From Callorhinchus milii (Eukaryota): 64,000 nucleotides of DNA. Under the pieces are notes generated by a model that saw nothing but the letters and a program-made list of their open reading frames with translations, was not told the DNA's origin and did not search any database. How positions within the stretch are numbered: the stretch's first letter is position 1; every line of letters begins with the position of its first letter. Positions 27,702-42,014 of this stretch are shown here, one piece after another. A program made the translations under genes and the position numbers. The stretch lies in NCBI RefSeq assembly GCF_018977255.1, contig NW_024704743.1, positions 99,202,001 to 99,266,000 on the forward strand, given 5' to 3'.

Positions 27702-28295
27702 AGTTAGCCGAGTGTCTGACACATACAGAAACCCATCACCAAGCTTAAGAGTATCCAAACCAAACTGAGAATTCCATGCATCCCATCTGCACATAGAAAT
27801 TCAAGAGATAGATTGTCGGAATGGAATGTCACTCTCTCCCTGGAGGGGCGCATCCTGTTCACCTAATTCCGGAAAGTAATAGGCAGAGGTTGCCAAGAGC
27901 CAAGGCTTGGGGACCCCAGAGTGTGCGTTGGAGTACTGCCAGTGCTGGAATCTAACCAGCTAAAACTGCATAGCTTGCCATTGATAGCACTGTTTGGCAA
28001 GCTTTTCCCGAGTTTCACCAGAGAGGACCACCCTACCAGTTGGGACTGTGGTTTGCAGAGTTAACAGGAGCTTTGTGGGAGGATTCCCTGGCCCCAGTGA
28101 TTGGTCCACCCCTCTAAATCCTGCCAATGGGCCAGGCCATCTGTGCTGTCATCATCAATGCCCTGGAATACTACGGACCCGCCTGGCTCAGGAACCAGAC
28201 TATCGAGACTGCCACAGAGGGCTGGCTCGATTCCGATATTCCATTGCCAAATATGTCAACTTGGAGCCAATTCAACTTGGAGACCCCACTTACCT
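27702..28295. repeat. Unclassified ~550-bp dispersed repeat, copy 2
   Basis: Same orientation as copy 1. Confidence 0.85.
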
Positions 28296-29317
28296 CCCCC
28301 CACCAACCCCCCACCCATCCCTCCCCCACCCCCCACCGAGGAGGAGAGTCATTAATTTGTTGTTTGACATCTGACATGTGCGAGTTTGAGCACTCAGTAG
28401 GTGGATGAAACATCTGTACATATGCATTTTCCAGCAGGACTCACTACATAGTGTTCAGGGGCAGACACATTGCCACTTTTTTTCCCAGCTCGCCTCCCTC
28501 TGCTCAGGGTCACAGAGGTCACTCACCAATGCTCTGGGTGAAATCACTTAACTCAGCACAGATTATGGAGTGAAACTGGCTAATTTACATACAGACAATG
28601 GTTTTACCAACAGATCTATTGGGAAAGACAATTCCTGTGGACCAAAGGACCTCTAATAAGTCTAAATTCAATTCTAAGATGTCATCAATGGCTGCAGGTT
28701 TCTTCACCATCAATAGGAATGTACATTGTACCAGGCACAGACTTAATCAAATATTTATCAGAATTGATTCAAAAAAAACATATAACCACAACAACAACTT
28801 GCATTTATGTAGCCCCCTTCATGTGGGGCAGTATCTCAAACATATGTTTCATAGCATTTTTAAGTTTTGGCAAACGGGGCAATTGGCAGTTAGAGCAGCA
28901 AAGTTTGCATATAAACAAATAGAGGCCCTTCATTCATGGAGGCTCTCACAGAATGGTGTCATCCCAAAATACAGACACATTCTGGAATGTGGCCGGCATC
29001 ATGAATTACAGGACTCTTTATCAAAAGAAACTCATGGATTTACAATAATGCTTCAGGATTGGGAATATAAACAAAACGCAACTTGGCACATTTTCACTGA
29101 TACACAGCAGGCAAAGTCACACTGGGCCACATTTATTTATAGAGTGCATGACTTTTACAACTTAAGAAAGAATGAAGAGAAACAAGGCCATTTGTTATAA
29201 AGGCCTTCACCCTTGCTACTTCCAAGAAAGCCAAACATAACTTGGACTGTATGGACTCTCCTCAATTTATCCTCTTCCGAGAGAATGAAAAACAACTGCT
29301 CTTTCTCCATGAACACA

Positions 29318-30005
29318 AACAACAACAACAACTTGCATTTATATAGCACTACTCATGCAGGGTAGCGTCCCAGAGTGCTTGACAGTGGTGGAGCATGACC
29401 AGTGGGAGGGGTTCGTGACCGTAGGCACGGTCGAAGAGGAAGGTCTTCAGGCACGATCTGAAGATGGGGAAGGACGGAGCAAGACGGAGGGATAAAGGAA
29501 GAGTGTTCCAGAGTTTCCAGACATCGTGGCTGAAAGCCGGGTTGCCAATCATGAGGGACATGGAGAAGACCACAGCCAGTTGAGCAGAGGCAGCAGATTG
29601 TGCTTGGAGGTTAAGCAGGTTGGAGAGGTGGGGGGGTTTACCAGGGCATGAAGGGATTTGAAAACTAGTGCGAGGATCTTGAAATTGATCCATTCGGTGA
29701 TAGGGAACCAGTGGAGCCTGGCTAGAACTGGTGTGATGGGGGTACAGAGTTTAGTGGGGTCGCACTACGGTGGATAAGGGAGGAGAGGTGGTGGATGAGG
29801 ATGGGGTGGTCGACTGTGTTAAACGCATTGGAGAGGTCCAGGAGGATGAGGAGGCAGAGGCAGCCCTTGTCAAAGAGAGAGAGGGCATTGTTTGTGACCT
29901 TGACAAGCGCCATCTCTGTGCTATGGGGAAAGCGGAAACCAGACTGGCGGAGCTCGAGGAGCAAGTCGAGAGGAGGGAGACGTGTGAGCAAAGCTGGTTA
30001 GCGAC
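29318..30005 (-). mobile_element. L2-clade LINE fragment, internally deleted
   Basis: QSGFR..HSTE.AL.KVTN and LLDLS.AF.TVDH RT motifs joined to the 3' end. Confidence 0.82.
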
Positions 30006-30994
30006 AACATGTTCCAGAAGTACACAGCAAGTTACAGCACAGAAACAGGCAATTCTGTCCAAATAGTCTGTTTTAGTATAAATGCAGGTGAGGGAAAATA
30101 TTATCCAATTCTCTGGATATGTGAAACTGGTCATTTTGCTTTCCCAGATAAATGCTCCCATTGTGCCTATGGGACTGATTTATCAGAAATGCTGTCCTTT
30201 GAATGAAATGTTAAACCAAGGTCCTGCTGTTCAGGTGGATGTTAAAGATCCCACGGTCAATACTGGTGTCACTTCCTTTGCGTACATGCAGTAAGCACCG
30301 CCGACAACAACAACTTGCATTTATAGTGCATCTTTCAGGTAGGGCAACATCTCGAAGAGCTGGGAGAGGAAATCAGGAGGCGTGGAGGCTGGTGTAAAGT
30401 ATAACACTAATACAGACTAGTTGGACAGAATTGTCTGTTTCTGTGCTGTAACTTTCTATGCACTTCTATGTGATACGTTGACAGCCAAAGAAGGGAAGGC
30501 ACTGTACTGGTCCGGGTGTTAGATAATGAACCAGAACAAGCAAGTGACCTAGTGGTTGGAAAACAGTTGAGAGAAAGTTATCATAACACAATTAGGTGCA
30601 CTGGCACAATCTGTGGGCATTTTCACCTCCTGGAATTGTCAGGAATCGGCTGCTTTAAAATTCTTGTTGTGTAACAGCGCCATATCAGGCTCTGCTTAAT
30701 ATATTAGGTGTTTATCTTTTTTTTAATGTTAGATTTTATTAAAACTAAAACATGTTTTTTTTTAAGCTTGCGACACATTTAAGTCCCTGCATTAGTCTTG
30801 TGTGTAAAAGTGGGATGAGAGACACTTTGCGGGTGCAACAACATCCCTTGAACAGAGCAAGCCTTATAATTGGAAAATGGAGAAGGTGGAGGTTCAGGGC
30901 TATTGACAAGCTATCTACTTAAAGCTGTGAATTTAACTGGAGGTAAACTTTTTACTGAAACACCTCTGGAGAGGAAATCATTTTACTCTTTTTT

Positions 30995-31150
30995 AGTCAG
31001 CCGGGTATCTGATACATGCGGAAACCCATCATCGTACTTAAGAGAATCCAAACCAAACTGAGAATTCAATGCATCCCACATGGAAATCCCTAAGATAGAT
31101 TGTTGGAATGGAATGCGCACTCTCTCTGGACGCATTCTGCTTACCTAAAG
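30995..31150. repeat. Unclassified repeat, truncated copy 3
   Basis: Shares the AGTCAGCCGGGT terminus. Confidence 0.8.
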
Positions 31151-31496
31151 CATTACACAACTCTGTTACTTACAGGTACAAAACTTTTATGAGCTGGGCT
31201 TAAGAAGATGCAATAATCTGTTCTCAAAACTAATTTACAAGCCGTTTTTGCATGATACTCTAAATTGTAATATTAGCTATGGAATCTCCAGATACACGCC
31301 ATTTATTCTTAATAAAGAAATACGCCGATTGCATCGGATTCTATCCCATGTTATCTGCACCTTGAACTAAATTCTAACACCAGCTAACACCAAAGTAGTT
31401 TTTTTTAATACAAGGCATCTTCATTCCTTTAAAAGACCAATTCTGCAAGTCTCCACATTGCAAACTTCAGTCAGAATGGTGGTGATTGCTACTCAC

Positions 31497-31547
31497 CAAA
31501 CCTCTTGTAACCCATTGAATGCACCTCCTCTTCTTCACCGTAGTCAT
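31497..31547 (-). CDS. COLEC12: Collectin-12 coding exon 2 (51 nt; DDYGEEEEVHSMGYKRFG, cytoplasmic tail with YKRF endocytosis motif)
   Basis: tttcttctagcag|ATGACTAC...AGGTTTG|gtgagt. Translation closely matches COLEC12; synteny with CLUL1 and TYMS. Exon 3 was not found in the window. Confidence 0.92.
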
Positions 31548-31734
31548 CTGCTAGAAGAAAATAATTCAGTCAGTGGAACATAAAGTATTGTGGCATTACA
31601 ACAACAACTTGCATTTATATAGCACCTTTCACATAGGATAAAGGAGTACTTCATGATGATGGATTGGATGCTGAGAGGGGAGGGAGGAAGAGGCAGGTCG
31701 AAGAGGTAGATTTTGAGGTAGGACTGAAAGCCAG

Positions 31735-32046
31735 ATAATATTAATAATAATCCTTACATTTGATATAGCGTTTTTCACATCTTCTAGACGTCTCAAAGCA
31801 CTTCACAGAATATACTGTAAAGTGAATTGACTATATTTTGTGGGCGAAATGCAGCAGCCAATTGTGCACAGCAGTATCCTACAAACAGTCATGGACTGAA
31901 GTGACCAAATTATTTTTTTTGTTGAGGGATTATTATTAGGCATGAGGAGTAAGGAAACTTGCCCAAGGTTTCGCCTTGCCGGGAATCAAACCCAGTTCTA
32001 TCACTTTCAAGGCGAGTACTCTAACCACTGAGCTACAAGACTCCAC
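31735..32046 (-). mobile_element. SINE family A, full length (COLEC12 intron 1)
   Basis: Complete copy. Confidence 0.85.
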
Positions 32047-35000
32047 AAATAGTGAGGGGCCAAGACAGAAGAATAGAAGGAGGGAGTTTCAGAGATTAGT
32101 GGCGCAGAGTTACTCACAGAAGGTGTGGGATGGATAGCAGATCTGAAGTAGCTGAGCAGAGGGGGCAAACAGAATGGTGTATGAAAAGGTCACGCTGATT
32201 AGCAAACAAGGACAGAACAGAACAAAGAACTGGACTCCTACCTGTAGTCTACATAAAGCTGCTAATGAGATAAGTTACCTCTCCGAGCAGTAGGATCAGT
32301 AGTTCAGTAGTGCAAGTTCTGTTCATTTGCGCAAATTATTATTTCAAAAATAGTCCTTATCTCAACACCAGAATTAAAATTTAAGTGAATGGATTTGACT
32401 TTTCCAATGTATTATATTTTAGAGATATCATATAACCACATGTCTTTTCACTAACAGGCAGATATTGTTTAAACATGTCAGTATCAATTCATACTTGACG
32501 GACAAATTGACTTGAGACTTGACTTTAACAGATCTCTTCGGCTTTTTGCTGTTAAAACAGATTTTTAAATTTGTGCAGAATCTACTTACTACTGCTAGAG
32601 TGGTGCCACTCTGATGATAAAAACTGGAGATAAAGTGAAGTAGGATTATTAATTCTGAAGTGGTTATGTAAGAGAATCATAAATGTTAACCATGTACTGT
32701 GTAAATTTGGTTTCTAGTGAAACAAGTAATTTGTCTTCACATTAAAAATTACATTTTATTTTCTCCAAATGTCTCTGATTCAAAAGCAATACATTAACAA
32801 ACATCATCACACTTAAATCAGCTCTACCTTTCTTAGCAGTGAAGGAAATATGCATCGGACACCAGACTCAATTCTGTAGGTGGATCATTCTGCAGAGAGC
32901 TGTGTTGTTGGGTTCATATCTCAGAAGTAACTAAAGTTTGGTACATAAGACAGCCTGTGCAACTTTCTATCAACTTAGCTTCAGTGGAACATTTAGAAAA
33001 TACTGTATAAACTTTGACACTGCACAAAGATACCTTATTCCAATTCTAATGCATAGATAGACTCTTGCAGATTAAAAAAATGGACAAACGAGAATCTAAC
33101 TAGAGGTTAATATTCAGCGATACAATACAGGAACCATAGAAATTTACAGCACAGAAGAAGGCCATTCGGCCCATCATGCCTGTGCTGGCTCGTTCAAAGA
33201 GCAATCCTTTCAGTCCCATTTATCTGCCCTTTTCCCAAATAAACATTATAATGTGCTTCACTCTAACACAGGTTCAATTACAACTTGGTTGAGACATGGG
33301 CCTCAATATTTACTGACTGCAAAACTCCATAATTTGGGCAGAAGCCCAGATGTTCACTTTAATAAGCCGGCCAGCATCTCACATGGTAAAAATGGCTGAC
33401 TACCAGATCACCTCCGACATCACTTACACATGAAGTAATGTTGGTGATGACCTCATACCCTGGAAGTCAGCCATTTTGGCTTCAGCGCTAAAACAAAATC
33501 TATCGTCTGGCACAGCAGGTCGCTACCAACATCACTTGCTGTACACTGTGCACGCGAATTAATAATGATCTAGAAGTCGGCCATTTTTAGCCTGGGAAGC
33601 AGCCAACGCACAGAAAGCTTCTTGCACGTGTGCCGTGAGTGCAAAAGTCTGATGGTTGATCGAGACCTGTGTAGGAGGGCGTGGGTCACTTCCGGAAAAC
33701 AAAACTTGCACCACAAGTTTTAATAATAAAAAGAAAGGTTTATTTTCGCCCACAAAATGTATAGTCAATTCACTTTACAGACGTCGCAAAGACGTGATAA
33801 GTATTATAACAAATGCGAGGACTATTATTTTATTATTTATAGTTTTGATAAGGAAGATCTACCTTTTTTTACAACAATCTTTACCAGACTCTCTTCACCT
33901 CTCTTGTACCCAGGTATATACTGGTGCTAATTAGCCTGTTACTGGTTCCCAAATAGCACTTAGGGTTGGAACTCAAAACAAGTTCCTTTACACATGACAC
34001 CTATAACTGTAGAAAGCAGGAGCAGGGTTTGTAGTCCTGTCACAACCTGTCACACCACTGGTTGGGAACGTATGTATCCTAACCACTGCGTTATAACGGG
34101 GCTCTATTGGTGATCACTGGATGGATGTAAGTCCGACTGATCCATGAGAATGCTGGTATCCGAAAGTAGATTGTGTTGGAGCAGAGTTTCTGCGGATCAA
34201 CTTGATGCACTTCTGGTTACCGCCAAAGATGACTAGATTACTCAAAGTCACTGTCATCAATTTCTGTTAAAGATCTCAATGTTTGTTACAAGTGAAGTTA
34301 ATAGTTATCCAAGATAAATTCTGTACAGCTATACACATCCACTATTCACAGAACCCATCTCATTCCACCACTCTTACAACGTGAGTTTATCTTTTTCTCA
34401 AAATTACAATGAGTTGGTATCGAGATAATGCTGGGATTGTAAACAATTCTGTTTAGAGTTAAACACTGGCAATCTTGATAGAGGCAATCTGCCAACATGT
34501 TTGTGTCCACATTTCAGTCACAGAACCTTGAACTATCATTGTAACATCAAAGCTTCCCCTCTGATAATGCAGGGATTGTAAACAAAAAAAACAATAGCTT
34601 TTTTTTTACACAAACACACATTAATTTGACATAATGAGATAATGGGGGTGAAAGCAGCTCTAACTCAACGTATGAATGATCACATAGAATCTGTTAAGAG
34701 ACGTTGCAATCTTCACCCATAATTGTAATGATAAACTAAGTCTAAGCAGGAATTTCTAAAACAGTATAATTCTTGGCGAGCAGTATTAAACGGAGAAGAA
34801 ACATGAATAGTGCATGCTTCCACTTAAGAGCAGAAGGAATCTAATCCATCGATGTGTTCCTTGCCATCTTTCCAATAAGAACTGCTGGATTATCACTCGA
34901 TAGGATTTTCTGTGAAGTCTGGATATTCCATTTATGGGAAAGGAGGTTGTAAGCTGCCAAATAACTTTACAACTGGGACTAGTACCGCTGGCACCTAATT

Positions 35001-35266
35001 ACTACCAGATGGTTTCTTTAAAAAGTAAATGAAAGGACATTGCACAAAACCCAAGGCCAAAATTCCTGTTTTCTAAATGTGGAGCAAACAGCATCACTTG
35101 GAGGCATTAGGGATCCCGAGGCTTAAGGGCTCGGATTCATAAATGACAATAATAAAAAAAGATTGGGAACGTTTGTAAATAAAAAAATCTTACACATTCA
35201 CCACTTCCCTCCCTTCCTGCCTCCCCCAAAGTAAAGAGAAGCACCACAAGGAGCATCGAAGCCAGT

Positions 35267-35313
35267 ACTCACTCACTCACTCACTCACTCACTCACTCAC
35301 TGATTCACTCACT
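35267..35313 (+). repeat. (CACT)n microsatellite in COLEC12 intron 1
   Basis: Direct reading. Confidence 0.9.
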
Positions 35314-35674
35314 GTGTATCACCACTGCAACATTAAAAGGCCAATCAATGGTCCATACAGTATTTCCATCCATGTCAGTAATGATCCAGTCGGTCACTTG
35401 CTTAATATCAATTGCATGTAAGCCATTCCTGCTGTGTTTGCACAAATGAAACCACAGCAAAAAAAGAACCCCTCCATCAATTCTTTGAAATGTGCTAAGC
35501 TTCCTTTTGCATTCCTGATTTTGTTTCTTTCTTTTTTAAAAAAAATAGTCGTTCGGACGAATGAAGGGATATAACGGCTGGAAAACGCATTCGCGGTGAG
35601 GGTAGGAAATCCTTTACATTTCCCAGATGCAACGTGCAAAGTAACAAACGGGAATGGATTCGCGATGGACCTAC

Positions 35675-35681
35675 CTTTCAT
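35675..35681 (-). CDS. COLEC12: Collectin-12 (CL-P1/SRCL) coding exon 1 (ATG AAA G)
   Basis: Minus strand reads gcctccagaATGAAAG|gtaggt. It splices in phase to the 31497-31547 exon to give MKDDYGEEEEV..., matching the vertebrate COLEC12 N-terminus MKDDFAEEEEVQSFGYKRFG. CpG-enriched surroundings. Confidence 0.85.
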
Positions 35682-36111
35682 TCTGGAGGCGAAGACAATG
35701 CTCATTTTAAAGAAGAACAACAAAAAAAGAGGGGAGAAAATCCGATGCAAGAAGGGAAGGGGAAAAAAACCCTAAAGAGCGACTCTTGGTTTCTTTACTT
35801 TATTTCAGTTGCTGTTCTCTTTAACTCCTCTTTCATCTCAGAACTTTGCACAAAAACTCAAATTTCCATCTACAACTGCCAGACAGCTTTTTCTGATCTC
35901 AAACACGACTGAGTTCCTTTGGGGGGGGGGGGGTGGGGGTGGGGGGAATTTTTTCTTCTTCTACTTCTTCTTCTCCTTCCAACGATTGCAAGCAAAATCT
36001 AAATGAGAAAAGTGTGCAACTGAGACCCAAGTGCTGTCTCAGCTGCAGTTTGTTTTGTACAGTATTGAGCAGAGGCAGTCAATGGGAACTGGTTATATCT
36101 TCGATCCTTGC

Positions 36112-36144
<33 letters not shown>

Positions 36145-36700
36145 GTTGCAAACTGCAATAAGCAAAAGTGTCAGGATCTTTAAAGAGTTTATGTTCAGCG
36201 TTTTCTCTGCCGGCTGCGATCAGACCACAAAAATGTCAAACGCAAAAAGGACGTCCTCAGCCTCCAACCTCCCCTTCAGCACGTGTTTTCATCATCTGCC
36301 TCCTCTGGCTCTGAAAACTTGGTTAAAGTGGGGTTTTACATGCAAACCTCCCGGACCTCTCATCCCAGCAGATCTCTGAGCCCCAGGTAACTCTTTCTGC
36401 ACTCCAAGCGAATGGCAGCCAATGATGTGCTCCCGGTCTCCTTACACGCCGGGAGAGGATTCAATGAAACCAGAGCAATGCAATCTGGTGTTCATGTGCT
36501 TTCAACGTGGAAAATGTCACACGAGCTTTTCAAGGGCTCCCAATTCCTGGTAAAACCAAAAAAAAAAAACTTTCAACTCATCCGCATTTCATTCGAGTCA
36601 CACGAACTTCTGACGTGTGTTTCCACCTGGCTTTGTGCAGGCTGACAGGGTGGTCCCTATTCTTCTGGGTGGTCCCTTTCCCTTTGCTGCTGTCTCCAAG
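35682..36700 (-). promoter_or_regulatory. COLEC12: COLEC12 5'UTR and promoter region
   Basis: Free of interspersed repeats and relatively CpG-rich, directly upstream of the ATG; contains a poly-G tract (about 35921-35946) and (CT)n (about 36113-36142). TSS cannot be determined. Confidence 0.5.
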
Positions 36701-37699
36701 TGCCAGCTGTACACCTGACTGGGTACCACCTTTAGCTCCCCACCCCCCCCTTCCCAGTTGTTGCAACAACCACGAATTGCTCTCTTTCCCTTCTCAGCCC
36801 TTGGCTAAACTCAGATGCTGTTTCTGCACGAGTTTGTGGAAGTAGATCCAGGCACTGTGTGGCTTTGTGACAGGTAGGAAGATCACGGTGGTGTTAGTTG
36901 ATGCTCATCCGGATTCCTGGTCTTTTGGTGGAGAAGTTTTTTTGATGCACAGAATTACCCAAACCGTCTATTCACTAAATGCCTGGCTCAGGTCTGGGCG
37001 TGGGAGGGGGGGGGGGGGGGGGGAGGGGGCTGGAGTCAACAACAACAATATACCTTTACATGATATAACACCTTTCATATTGGGAGGACATCTGAAAGTG
37101 CTTTACACAACTAACTGGGCACCTGAAGTGGGGAGGGGAGTGGAAGAGAAGTTGAACAAAAGTGCAGTCTTGGCAATGGTTTAGAAATGAACAAGGATGA
37201 GAAACAAGGATAGGTTATGAGTGGTCTGTGAAAGAAGTACCCAATGACTGAATGATCAACCTTACTTTAAAAGTTGTCAGTGGAAGATTCCTGCCAGTGA
37301 GATGAGAAGCAACTTTTTAGACCAAAGAGTTGTTAGATGTATCATTCTGGAAAAGCTAACAGTAGACCTCGGGCAGTTTTATGTTCTGACCTGAACAATA
37401 GTCCCATAGAATAGAAAAGTGTGAAGCTTTGACTCCAATGGTGTCTAAAAATTCAGTATTTAGAACGTCTAGTGTCAGATGTTTGGTCACAAGATCGTAA
37501 GAGAGCTTTAGATGATGCATTTTATTTCATCCTTCAACCCAATTTATGTCATCCTTCTAGAAACCCAACCCTAGTGTTGTAAGACTATAGCATTGAATTG
37601 TTTCTTAAGTAAGTCCAGGCTCCTAACTGTTTCCCCTTGTAACCCATTTAAGCTGTTATATACTTGCTGTAAGGAATATAACTCTGGTTTTGTCCTAAA

Positions 37700-39510
37700 A
37701 TTGTTCTCCCCTCCAAACTTGGAGGCCATGAACAACCCCAGGCTCCTATTTTCCATCACAAACCGGCTCCTCCGCCCATCCTCTCATGCCTCACCCATCC
37801 TTTCCCTAATGCCAACTACAAGGCAATGCTGCACTTCCTCGAAACTAAAGTTGAGAAGATCCGTTCAAATGCCTCTGCCCTTCTGTCTAGTACCCCTTCC
37901 CCATCTCCCCCTCACACTCGGTCCCTACCCATCCCTCCATCCACATCTTCAAACCTGTCTCTCATTCCTCTCTCACCACCACTATAACCCGCATGAAACC
38001 AACCACCTGCTCCCTTGACCCCATCTCTACCCCTCTTGTTACCTCCCAGCTCCATCTCCTTGCCCCTCTACTCACAGACATCATAAACCTCTTCCTGTCT
38101 GCTGGCACTGTTCCCACCCCTTTAAAAATGGCCACCATCATCCCTATCCTTAAAAAAAACCTCCCTGGACCCATCCCTGCTCTCAAACTACGATTCTTTT
38201 CTAAGGTCCTTGAACGAGTTGTTGCTTCCCAACTTTGCTACTTCCTCTCCCACCACTCCACAAACCCCTCCAATTGGGTTTTCATGCCTCCCACTGCAAC
38301 AGCTTTGGTCAAAGTGACAAATGACATTTTGTCCATCTGCAACCAGGCCTCCCTCTGTTTCCTTATCCTCCTTGACCTCTCTACTGCCTTCGATAGAGTT
38401 GACAACTCTATCCTCCTCCCCTGCCTCTCCTCTGTCCTCAACCTTCATGGTTCTCTGTCCTTAAATGGTTCCCATCGTACCTCTCATACTGTTTCCACTT
38501 CATCTCCACAAACAGTTTCTCCTCTAGCCCCCGCACCATCTTGTGCGTCATTCCTGATTAGTTTCTGTCAGCGCCTCCACACCTCAGGCGCTGACAGCAT
38601 CACCATCTAAGGATGCACACTCCACCTCACTGAGCTAGTCCAGATCCTTGGCGTCTTGTTTGACCCTCAACTCTTGTTTCTACCCCACATCCATGCCATG
38701 ACTCGGTCTGTCTTCCCCCAGAGTCCATCTCATAGTCCCTCCGCCTCGCCCCTTCCCTTGTCTCCCTCAATGCCCATCTCAAGACCTTCCTCTTTGACTG
38801 TGCCTTCGATGACCACCTTTGATTTTGGAAACTCCCTCCTCATCGGCCTTTCCAACTCTTCCCTTCACAAGCTGGAGATGATCCAAAACTCTGCAGCTCG
38901 TGTACTCTCGCGCACCAGGCTCCGTGACCCCATCACTCCCACCCTCACCCAACTCCACTGGCTCCCCATCCCCCAGAGGATTGAGTTCAAGATCCTTGTC
39001 CTCATTTTCAAGGCCATCCATAGCCTTGCCCCCTCCTACCTCTCTGACCTGCTGACTCCCTCCGTTCAGCGGGCTCCTGTCTGCTCCATGTCTCCCGCCC
39101 GAACCGCCCTACCATCAGTGGCCGGGCTTTCAGCCTCTCTGCCCCCACACTCTGGAACTCCATCCCACGGTCCCTTCACCTCCCTTCCTTCCTTGCATTC
39201 TTCAAGGCCGGTCTCAAGACCCTTCTCTTTGATTGTGCCTTTGGTCGCCCTCCCACCTCTCTGCCTTCCCTCAACCCTACACCACCCCTCCCCCATGCTC
39301 GGGCCTGACACCTGACTCTTCAGCACTTTGGGACTTCCTCCCGACATGAAAGGCTCTCTATAAATGTAATTTTGTAGTTGTTGTTGTCCCCCCCTGCCCT
39401 CCACCCTCCCCGATTGTAACCCCCAGCTTGGGCCTGAAACACTGATTGTCCAGCACCTTGGGATGTCCTCCTGATGTGAAAGGCACTATACAAATGTAAT
39501 TTTGTTGTGG
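37700..39510 (+). mobile_element. Degenerate L2-clade LINE ORF2 and 3' end
   Basis: TCSLDPI, SKVLERVVASQL, LLDLSTAFDRVD and [13 protein letters not shown] motifs with frameshifts. Confidence 0.88.
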
Positions 39511-39584
39511 TTGTTGCCCTCTTGTCCTGCTGTCCTAGTGACTATCCTACTGAGGGGATGGTGGGGGGAGGGGAGGGGTTAGTG

Positions 39585-40155
39585 GAGGTTAGCCTGGTCT
39601 TCTTGGAGCTGAATTACCTCTCCAAAGTGACATGCCTGGCAATGGAACGTTGGAATCAAGCTAGCCCTCTGTGGTGGTCTTGGTAGTCCAGTTCCTGAGC
39701 CGGGCGGATCCGTAGTATTCCAGGGCACTGCTGATGACAGCTCATCAGCAGAGTCAGGAATGGCAGACCAATCACTGGGAGTAGGGAGTCATCCCACTCA
39801 GCTCCTGTTAAACTGGCAAGCCAAAGCCCAAATGGGAAGGGTGGTCCTAGCTGGACAAGCAGCGAGAAAGGTTGCCAGATAGCAATATCAATGGCAAGCT
39901 ATGCGGTTTTAGCTGGTTAGATTCCAGCTGTACCACAACACACACTCAGGTGTCCCCAAGCCTTGGGTCTTGCCAACCAGTACCACATACTTCCGGAATT
40001 AGGTAAGTAGGATCCATCCCTCCAGGGAGAGAGTGTGCATACCATTCCAACAATCTATCTCTGGGATTTCCATGTGTAGATGGAATGCATGGAAATCTTA
40101 GCTTGATTTGGATACTCTTAAGCATGGTGATGGGTTTCCGCATGTGTCAAACTGA
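39585..40155. repeat. Unclassified repeat, copy 4 (inverted)
   Basis: Reverse complement of copies 1 and 2. Confidence 0.85.
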
Positions 40156-42014
40156 CCAAAAAACAATTAAAAAATTGTCCTCCTGCCGTGGTGTACCTGA
40201 AAGCATTATTCTGAGTTTATTTATCTGGAGTCTAACTCATTCCGAGTCATTCCATAATCTTGCTGTTTTGTTTAACCCTGCCACTCCACCCCCGAACTCT
40301 GTTTGAAATCCCATATCAATGTCCTTGTCTCCTAACATCTCCAGAACAGTGCTTGCTTATGTCTCTATCTCACTTCCAAAACAGCTGAAATCCATGATTT
40401 TATCACCTCAGAACTATATTTCTCTAATGTTCCCCTCATCAGCCTCATTAGCTCAACTCTCCATTGTTCCAACTCTTTCAAAATGCCACAACCCATATTT
40501 TTTTCTGTACTACACCACTCAATACCCCATCCTCATTAGGCTTCACTGGCTCCCACAGTACCCCAGTGAACTGACTTAACAATAATAAAAAAAATCTGCA
40601 GGAACCAGGGCAAAAAGCCAGAAACAATCATTTCCATATTTCTCAGGAATGTGGACATCTTTATATAGGTATACCTAGAACTGTGATTGTGCTTGCAGAT
40701 ACGGGAGTGCAACTACACACAACCAGTGACTTGATGATCCCAAACTGTCTACAAATACTCATTGTTCCTTTTACAAAGGCAATGAAAAGAATGAAGATCG
40801 AAGTACCAATCATTGATAATGTTTTCTCCTCAGCAGATACCAACCAAGTTTGCAATGCGCACTTTTTCCAGCAGCCAAGGTAGTGATATTTGAGCTGCGT
40901 TTTTGGAGTGAGCTTTTTCCTGTTCCTAGCATTTCCAAAATCTACCGATCCCTTGCCAATACAGCAACAACAGTCCCTTCGCTTCACAGCTTTAAATTTC
41001 AAGTTAAAGTTGGCAGAAAACCCGATTAGAAAAACTTTCGAGTCAGTTTGGCTAATTTTGTAAGGCTCTTGTCTCTGGAAGAGACTTTGAAAAAAGGGTG
41101 AGTTCAGGCACCACACTGGGATTTGAGCCTTATAGTGTAATTTGATAGTCCACTTCAGGATGTCCAAATCCTCCTGCAATCAGTCATTTTGAAGATCTCT
41201 TAAGAATATCTTAAGCGTGTGCAGGTTTAATGCAGCCTGTACTGTTTTTGAGTGGATGGGTCTATGGCTATTTGTACGTTCTCATGGTTATTTGGTGCCT
41301 TAACTTGATGCCTCATTTTACATTTTCAAATTTGTGTCCATGAGACATACAAACAACTTTGGGTGCTTTATTAAATCAAACATGGCACAGCATTCATTAG
41401 CTGCTCCTGAATTTCTAGCTTGACAAGAGGGTTAAATGCTCTGCACTGCTCCAGCAACTCAGTACTCATATATCATGAGATTCAACCGCAGCCATGTCAA
41501 AACTCTGCAACTGGAAAAAGGTATAACCACCTCTTACTGTTTTTAAAAGAAAAGGTTTGTGGCTCATACCTCAGTGCAGACTGAACATCCCATGGTTCTG
41601 CTCTGGTGTTTATTTTTTCAGTCCATAAATGTTTGAGAACCACTGGTGAAAGGTTAAAATCAAACCCTTTCTGCTCCAATGGAAATCAGTGAGGCTAACA
41701 CTTTGGGTTACTTCTGCAAGTATTGGAGAACTTATACCTCCCCACCTGAAAATAAAACTCAGCTTATTGGGAATAACTGGAAGTGTTGAAAAGAACTAGA
41801 TTTTTTTGTTAGTTTTCATAATAATAATCCTTGCGTTTGATATAGTGCCTTATCACGTCATTGAGACAAAATAAGACAATACAGTATATAATTTCTGATA
41901 CAGTATAGTTTAAGACACGACATGTCAAGCTGCTACAAGAATGGTGGAAGGCGAACTAGATGGACCTTGGTCTTTTTTTGCCTAGCAAATTCTTATGTTC
42001 TTTTGAAGTTTTAT

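Noticed and set aside
28598..29200. 200-aa ORF
   Set aside because: No recognisable domain; contains a LINE tail remnant; antisense within the COLEC12 intron.
40647..41179. 172-aa minus ORF and a possible plus-strand exon (40647-40879)
   Set aside because: No recognisable homology, non-ATG start, weak donor and no partner exons.
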